Sequence record: MF327003
Direction: 5' to 3' (one strand)
Source: Shigella phage Sf14
DNA: 64,000 nt
Shown: one piece after another, positions 59,356-64,000 of the stretch
Numbering within the stretch: the stretch's first letter is position 1
Layout of the letters: each line of letters begins with the position of its first letter
The notes under the pieces: generated by a model
Database searches by the model: none
What the model saw: only the letters and a program-made list of their open reading frames with translations
Told to the model about the DNA's origin: nothing
Program-made: the position numbers and the translations under genes

Positions 59356-59562
59356 ATGTTATATCAACGTGAGTTAATGATTGTTGACAACAACAAAACA
59401 AATAAACGTCGTTTCTATATGCTAATTTGTGATGTTTGGCAACGCATTTCAGAAAAGGATTTTGATAAATATGTTGATACGTCAATCAGGTCAGATTGTT
59501 ACTTGACAACTCATACAAGACAGTTTACAAGGCATACAGCAATTTATTATTACAACGTTTAA
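59356..59562 (+). CDS. early small protein
   Basis: 68 aa; conserved leader with GGAG RBS. Confidence 0.4.
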   Translation: MLYQRELMIVDNNKTNKRRFYMLICDVWQRISEKDFDKYVDTSIRSDCYLTTHTRQFTRHTAIYYYNV

Positions 59563-59573
59563 AAGGCTTGACA

Positions 59574-59735
59574 ATGATTAAAGAAAGCGATGTAATACAA
59601 TACAAAGATTTAGACGGATACCCAAAAATTGGTAAAGTCTTCTATCTCTATAAGTCTGCTATGGGTAATGATTGTATAGCCCTTACCAATGGCGACAAAA
59701 TAACCATGAAATATTTTATAAAAATTATTGCATAA
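59574..59735 (+). CDS. early small protein (53 aa)
   Basis: ATG with AAAAGG RBS; track ORF begins upstream at non-ATG. Confidence 0.3.
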   Translation: MIKESDVIQYKDLDGYPKIGKVFYLYKSAMGNDCIALTNGDKITMKYFIKIIA

Positions 59736-59740
59736 AGTGC

Positions 59741-59819
59741 TTTACATGGGGTTTAAAATCTAGTATCTTAAGCCCCAGATAAAGAGCTTTACAAACAATC
59801 CTAAACTGGAGAATCTAAA
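59741..59819 (+). promoter_or_regulatory. type 2 promoter/leader cassette (TTTACA-17-TATCTT with embedded hairpin, then conserved leader)
   Basis: TTTACATGGGGTTTAAAATCTAGTATCTTAAGCCCCAGATAAAGAGCTTTACAAACAATCCTAAACTGGAGAATCTAAAA; repeated at 4 other sites. Confidence 0.45.
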
Positions 59820-60116
59820 ATGTTTATTGCCGCAAACGTTAGAACTAAATTAAGCCAGCTATTAAGTAATATCCAATTCATTGAATCTATGCGCCGTACA
59901 TCTGAAGCCGTAGAGTGGTATCATGGAAAGATTAACAAAAAGGAAGTAATAATTTGTGTATGGAACTTTTGTAAAGAATACAAAAAACCATTGCTTCAGG
60001 TTGATATCTATGATAACACTAATAAGTCATCGATTAAGACCACTAGAGATATGGTTGATTCATATGAAATTAGTCACACTGGTAAACTATTCCACAAAGG
60101 TAAAAACAAATGTTAA
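59820..60116 (+). CDS. early small protein
   Basis: 98 aa behind type 2 cassette. Confidence 0.4.
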   Translation: MFIAANVRTKLSQLLSNIQFIESMRRTSEAVEWYHGKINKKEVIICVWNFCKEYKKPLLQVDIYDNTNKSSIKTTRDMVDSYEISHTGKLFHKGKNKC

Positions 60117-60457
60117 TCACATACGTTGCAATTTTTATCTCTATTGTGGCGCTCTATAAAGCCTTACAAGCGCACAGTATAGCTAATAAGGCACTTACAA
60201 GGGATTTAAAAATAAACCTTGTACGGGGCTTTTTAGAGCGTTTAAGCTTAGAACAATTGAAACGCTTAGAGATGAGCTTTCGATTCAAAGCAGAAACATA
60301 CCGGATTGATAACATCCTAGACGGTGATTTTAAATTAATCAGTGATTATGACATACTTCTTGAGTCAATTCAAGATATAAACCTGAAAGATTATTATATC
60401 GTGATAGCGCAAGAAATTAATAAAAAAGAGCTTGCAATGCAGAATCAAAACAAGTAA
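60110..60457 (+). CDS. early small membrane protein
   Basis: N-terminal TM helix (ITYVAIFISIVALY); 115 aa. Confidence 0.35.
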   Translation: MLITYVAIFISIVALYKALQAHSIANKALTRDLKINLVRGFLERLSLEQLKRLEMSFRFKAETYRIDNILDGDFKLISDYDILLESIQDINLKDYYIVIAQEINKKELAMQNQNK

Positions 60458-60460
60458 AGT
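60432..60460 (+). promoter_or_regulatory. early-type promoter TTGCAA-17-TAAAGT (type 1)
   Basis: Followed by ATTCATCAACGGGGCAAGATAGAAGCCCCAACAATCCTAAACTGGAGAATCTGAAAATG. Confidence 0.55.
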
Positions 60461-60516
60461 ATTCATCAACGGGGCAAGATAGAAGCCCCAACAATCCTAA
60501 ACTGGAGAATCTGAAA

Positions 60517-60789
60517 ATGTATACTACTAATGACGGTCGAACTTTGAACGTAACTTTAAAACACTATATAGACGGTGTATTAAACTTTGAAGAGTTAAGA
60601 GCAGAACAGCACCTATTAGATTGGCAAGTAGCAGGTTTACAAAAAACCGCCACAGGATATGGAAAGAAAATTCCTACATCTTGGAAAGTTCGATACCTTG
60701 GAAAGTTACGCAGAATTTATCAAGATGTTTATAGTAATAGCGGTGTAAGTTACATTATTGTTAGCGGTAAAAAATTGTATTTAGTCTAA
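60517..60789 (+). CDS. early small protein
   Basis: 90 aa behind type 1 cassette. Confidence 0.4.
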   Translation: MYTTNDGRTLNVTLKHYIDGVLNFEELRAEQHLLDWQVAGLQKTATGYGKKIPTSWKVRYLGKLRRIYQDVYSNSGVSYIIVSGKKLYLV

Positions 60790-60797
60790 TAAATTGC

Positions 60798-60879
60798 TTT
60801 ACATGGGGTTTATAGTTAGATAAGATAAGCCCCAGATAAAGAGATTTATCTAAAACTAACCTAAACTGGAGTATCAAAA
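60798..60879 (+). promoter_or_regulatory. type 2 promoter/leader cassette (variant)
   Basis: TTTACATGGGGTTTATAGTTAGATAAGATAAGCCCCAGATAAAGAG...CCTAAACTGGAGTATCAAAAATG. Confidence 0.4.
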
Positions 60880-61287
60880 ATGACTAATGCTAATCACAAA
60901 GAAGTTGCAATTTTGAAAGCACGTTTGACCATTAACCGCATCAACATTGTAACATCAGCAGCACCAGACGAAACTCTGCATAATATCATCGGTAAAATTC
61001 AGGGCGCAGTAGTAGACACAAAACAGCTTAAAGAATCCTTGCAAGATGTAGCAGCAGGGGCTATAATTGACGGTGCTCAATATGAGATGAAGGAAATGCT
61101 GTCAAAGTCAAAAGTAATGAATAAAGAACTTGACTTGAAAATGTTTCGATTTGCTGTTAAAGTGTGGCTATGTGTTGATTTTGATGCAAACTTTGCAATT
61201 GCTGATTTCTTTGCAACATGGTTACAGCGTAACTTACCGGTTGAAGTCTTCCGTGAAATCTGCGATGCAATTTATTCAGAGATTTGA
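60880..61287 (+). CDS. early protein
   Basis: 135 aa. Confidence 0.4.
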   Translation: MTNANHKEVAILKARLTINRINIVTSAAPDETLHNIIGKIQGAVVDTKQLKESLQDVAAGAIIDGAQYEMKEMLSKSKVMNKELDLKMFRFAVKVWLCVDFDANFAIADFFATWLQRNLPVEVFREICDAIYSEI

Positions 61288-61316
61288 TTGACATTGCAAA
61301 AGCATAGTAGTAGAGT
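61288..61316 (+). promoter_or_regulatory. early-type promoter TTGACA-17-TAGAGT (type 1)
   Basis: Consensus -35; followed by the same leader and hairpin as at 60461. Confidence 0.6.
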
Positions 61317-61372
61317 ACTCATCAACGGGGCAAGATAGAAGCCCCAACAATCCTAAACTGGAGAATCTGAAA

Positions 61373-61621
61373 ATGTTTAATATGTTGAATATCCCTGACA
61401 CTTGCCGACTCTTAACACAATTTGATAACCTTGGCAAGCCGTTTTTATATCATATGCCAGATAACACTGCAAAAACTTACAGTTACATTGTAAACCGTTT
61501 TACGGCTTATGGTTCAAAGTATGGCTATAATGTCAAGACTCAAAAAGTGACTTTGTTCACAAGTATTGAAGAGTTACCAACTGTTGCCGTTAAACTAATC
61601 TTTACAAAGAAAACTAAATAA
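61373..61621 (+). CDS. early small protein
   Basis: 82 aa. Confidence 0.4.
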   Translation: MFNMLNIPDTCRLLTQFDNLGKPFLYHMPDNTAKTYSYIVNRFTAYGSKYGYNVKTQKVTLFTSIEELPTVAVKLIFTKKTK

Positions 61622-61626
61622 AGTCC

Positions 61627-61705
61627 TTTACATGGGGTTTAAAAGCTAGTATCTTAAGCCCCAGATAAAGAGCTTTACCAACAATCCTAAACTGGAGAAT
61701 CTAAA
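61627..61705 (+). promoter_or_regulatory. type 2 promoter/leader cassette
   Basis: TTTACATGGGGTTTAAAAGCTAGTATCTTAAGCCCCAGATAAAGAGCTTTACCAACAATCCTAAACTGGAGAATCTAAAATG. Confidence 0.45.
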
Positions 61706-62263
61706 ATGAAATGCTTCCACGGTACTACACAAGAAAACTTTGTAAACCTTATTAATGGCGGTGATAAACCATCAGGAGTCTGGAATTGCTCTGATATGGA
61801 TGGATGTTTTTATGTCTACCCTGTTAGCAAGTTCTATGATGTAGAAAATCTGGATGACGAACAAATCATAGATGAAGGTATTAAAAACGCGCTTGATAGC
61901 GCAAGCATTACAGCAGCCTATCAAATGAAGTCACAAAAGCTTGTTATCTTGGAACTGGATATTCCAGAAGATGATTTACAAGATGACTGGAGCTGTGAGA
62001 ACATGAGCGACGTAGCAAGCTTTACAGAATATTTCGATAAAGAATGGATTAAAAAGGTTTACACAACTGAATTTAATGCTATGTATGCGCCTTTCTTTGT
62101 CCCTAACCTGAATAATAGGAACTTGGGTTATATACCAGATGAATTACGCAACATTGCGGCAATAGTCCAACGTAGTGATGAGATGAGCAATGTATATTGT
62201 GATATCTTTGACACAATGCAATTCAACGTAACAGAAACGGCTATAAACGACTTAACAGCATAA
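61706..62263 (+). CDS. early protein, unknown
   Basis: 185 aa, acidic. Confidence 0.4.
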   Translation: MKCFHGTTQENFVNLINGGDKPSGVWNCSDMDGCFYVYPVSKFYDVENLDDEQIIDEGIKNALDSASITAAYQMKSQKLVILELDIPEDDLQDDWSCENMSDVASFTEYFDKEWIKKVYTTEFNAMYAPFFVPNLNNRNLGYIPDELRNIAAIVQRSDEMSNVYCDIFDTMQFNVTETAINDLTA

Positions 62264-62326
62264 ACGATAGAATCATACCAGTTCACTAGAAAAGCCCCGC
62301 ATAGGGGCTTACAAGAGGCTTAAAAC

Positions 62327-62557
62327 ATGCTTACTACAATCTATCTTATTCTATCTATCTGCAATGGTTCACAGTGTGACTTTAAAGGTTTAGAAGAGTT
62401 TACAGGTAGCGAAAATAATGCTATTGTTGCTTGTCAGATAGCAAGGCAAGATTACCCTGCATCAGATGATATCCAATGTTACTATAAATCAGAAGATGAT
62501 TATGGCATTTACTTTGACAGTGTGAATGGTGATTATGAAATTCTTATAGAAAAGTAG
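62327..62557 (+). CDS. early small protein
   Basis: 76 aa; preceded by hairpin AAAGCCCC-GCATA-GGGGCTT and AGAGG RBS. Confidence 0.35.
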   Translation: MLTTIYLILSICNGSQCDFKGLEEFTGSENNAIVACQIARQDYPASDDIQCYYKSEDDYGIYFDSVNGDYEILIEK

Positions 62558-62586
62558 TTGACACTGAAAACGCAAACAAGTAAAGT
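62558..62586 (+). promoter_or_regulatory. early-type promoter TTGACA-17-TAAAGT (type 1)
   Basis: Followed by ATTCATCAACGGGAAGGAAACTTCCCC...CCTAAACTGGAGAATCAAAAATG. Confidence 0.6.
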
Positions 62587-62646
62587 ATTCATCAACGGGA
62601 AGGAAACTTCCCCACTAAACAAAATTCCTAAACTGGAGAATCAAAA

Positions 62647-62868
62647 ATGTTGCAAGTTCTTAACGTAAAAACCATTGATTTTAAATTCTCAAATGTTCGT
62701 CGTACCTATTTACAGCCATTTAATAACCCTGTTAGAATTCCCAACGATGACGCTAAAAAGTTGATTGATGAAATTCTAGCTAATGGCGGTTATCTGGCTA
62801 GTCATAAGCAGTATAATGATGAGGCTGGAAGCCTGATAAATGAGTTTACATATTATTACTACAAATAA
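62647..62868 (+). CDS. early small protein
   Basis: 73 aa. Confidence 0.4.
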   Translation: MLQVLNVKTIDFKFSNVRRTYLQPFNNPVRIPNDDAKKLIDEILANGGYLASHKQYNDEAGSLINEFTYYYYK

Positions 62869-62880
62869 CTAATAAAGTCC

Positions 62881-62959
62881 TTTACATGGGGTTTATAGTT
62901 AGATAAGATAAGCCCCAGATAAAGAGCTTTACCAACAATCCTAAACTGGAGAATCTAAA
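62881..62959 (+). promoter_or_regulatory. type 2 promoter/leader cassette
   Basis: Same element as at 60798 and 61627. Confidence 0.45.
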
Positions 62960-63157
62960 ATGTTATCACTGATGCAAAAACTTTCTACCTTGTGGTGTTT
63001 AAAAGGTGTAGAGTGTAACCTTAACATGGAAGGTTCAAAGATAGACCTAAAAATAGTATACAATGGAGAAATACTATTCTCACAGAATAGCAGTCATCCA
63101 CACTTCAAAGATAATGCAATTATGGCCGTGAATAATCTGATGGATAGAATTTATTAA
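62960..63157 (+). CDS. early small protein
   Basis: 65 aa. Confidence 0.35.
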   Translation: MLSLMQKLSTLWCLKGVECNLNMEGSKIDLKIVYNGEILFSQNSSHPHFKDNAIMAVNNLMDRIY

Positions 63158-63162
63158 AGTGC

Positions 63163-63242
63163 TTTACATGGGGTTTAAAAGCTAGTATCTTAAGCCCCAG
63201 ATAAAGAGCTTTACCAACAATCCTAAACTGGAGAATCTGAAA
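63163..63242 (+). promoter_or_regulatory. type 2 promoter/leader cassette
   Basis: TTTACATGGGGTTTAAAAGCTAGTATCTTAAGCCCCAGATAAAGAGCTTTACCAACAATCCTAAACTGGAGAATCTGAAAATG. Confidence 0.45.
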
Positions 63243-63584
63243 ATGGCCTATGTAACAATTATCACCGATAAAGAAAATTCGTCATGGTCTACCCAAGTTA
63301 ACGACAAAATGAAACCTATGCAGTGTCTCAAGTACTTTGAGCAATGGAACAGGGGAGAAGATGTAAGCCCCTTTCAAGTGATGCAGATTGTACATGTTGA
63401 CAATGAAGGGAATAAAACTACCCTTAACACTGAATACTATGCTACACGTTTCGAAACTCGCAAATCAGCTATGCAGGAGTTAAGAGAAAAGGGATATAGT
63501 CACATTGCCGCGCTCATTTGGTCTGATTTGCTTAAAAAACAGTCATTAACCTATGTTAAGCCAGAAAAAATCTTTATAAGCTAA
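63243..63584 (+). CDS. early protein, copy 1 of tandemly duplicated gene
   Basis: 113 aa; identical to product of 63659..64000. Confidence 0.45.
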   Translation: MAYVTIITDKENSSWSTQVNDKMKPMQCLKYFEQWNRGEDVSPFQVMQIVHVDNEGNKTTLNTEYYATRFETRKSAMQELREKGYSHIAALIWSDLLKKQSLTYVKPEKIFIS

Positions 63585-63658
63585 TCAACAACTTATAAAA
63601 ATCTTTTGAAAAACAGATAAAGAGCTTTACCAACAATCCTAAACTGGAGAATCTGAAA

Positions 63659-64000
63659 ATGGCCTATGTAACAATTATCACCGATAAAGAAAATTCGTCA
63701 TGGTCTACCCAAGTTAACGACAAAATGAAACCTATGCAGTGTCTCAAGTACTTTGAGCAATGGAACAGGGGAGAAGATGTAAGCCCCTTTCAAGTGATGC
63801 AGATTGTACATGTTGACAATGAAGGGAATAAAACTACCCTTAACACTGAATACTATGCTACACGTTTCGAAACTCGCAAATCAGCTATGCAGGAGTTAAG
63901 AGAAAAGGGATATAGTCACATTGCCGCGCTCATTTGGTCTGATTTGCTTAAAAAACAGTCATTAACCTATGTTAAGCCAGAAAAAATCTTTATAAGCTAA
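63659..64000 (+). CDS. early protein, copy 2 of tandemly duplicated gene
   Basis: Translation identical to 63243..63584; stop codon is the last 3 bases of the window. Confidence 0.45.
   Translation: MAYVTIITDKENSSWSTQVNDKMKPMQCLKYFEQWNRGEDVSPFQVMQIVHVDNEGNKTTLNTEYYATRFETRKSAMQELREKGYSHIAALIWSDLLKKQSLTYVKPEKIFIS

Larger units (their letters stand above)
63198..64000 (+). repeat. perfect direct tandem duplication, unit 416 bp (copy 2 runs to window end)
   Basis: Identity begins at CAGATAAAGAGC (63198 and 63614); both copies carry leader plus identical 113-aa ORF; copy 2 lacks the TTTACA/hairpin part. Confidence 0.8.

Overview
This window reads as a large contiguous piece of a lytic myovirus genome, most consistent with a Felix O1-like (Ounavirinae-type) phage; that attribution is from gene content and order only, since no database search could be run. 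Layout: (1) 1-18.5 kb, plus strand, structural module: prohead protease/scaffold (5' truncated), major capsid protein, neck proteins, tail sheath, tail tube, tape measure protein, a Mu/P2-like baseplate block and two paralogous His-rich tail fibres. (2) 18.6-19.2 kb: two small membrane proteins, then a bidirectional terminator. (3) 19.2-28.5 kb, minus strand: thymidylate synthase, dihydrofolate reductase, a run of small unknown genes (including an HTH protein, a secreted protein and a lipoprotein), ATP-dependent DNA ligase and a family A DNA polymerase. (4) 28.7-50 kb, plus strand: dNMP-kinase-like P-loop protein, primase-helicase, SSB-like protein, FEN-like exonuclease, HNH and GIY-YIG endonuclease-like genes, aerobic (NrdA/NrdB/NrdH-like) and anaerobic (NrdD/NrdG) ribonucleotide reductases, and an adjacent Prs-like/Nampt-like pair. 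(5) 50.6-58.9 kb: rIIA/rIIB-like genes, a lysis-like block (signal-peptide lytic transglycosylase, overlapped spanin pair) and a macro-domain protein. (6) 58.9-59.3 kb: a non-coding gap with a degenerate tandem repeat array and a C-rich tract. (7) 59.3-64.0 kb: an array of small early-type genes, each preceded by a conserved promoter/leader cassette, ending in a perfect 416-bp tandem duplication. No tRNA, rRNA, CRISPR array, integrase or reverse transcriptase was recognised. Most interesting for follow-up: the Prs-like/Nampt-like pair plus macro-domain gene (possible NAD+/ADP-ribose counter-defence), the repeat array at 58.9-59.2 kb, the repeated early promoter/leader cassettes and terminal tandem duplication, an ORF interrupted by a single in-frame TGA, and the small-gene cluster between DHFR and ligase. 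All functional calls rest on motif recognition and synteny; start codons were re-chosen where the ORF track began at TTG/GTG or ran through a terminator.
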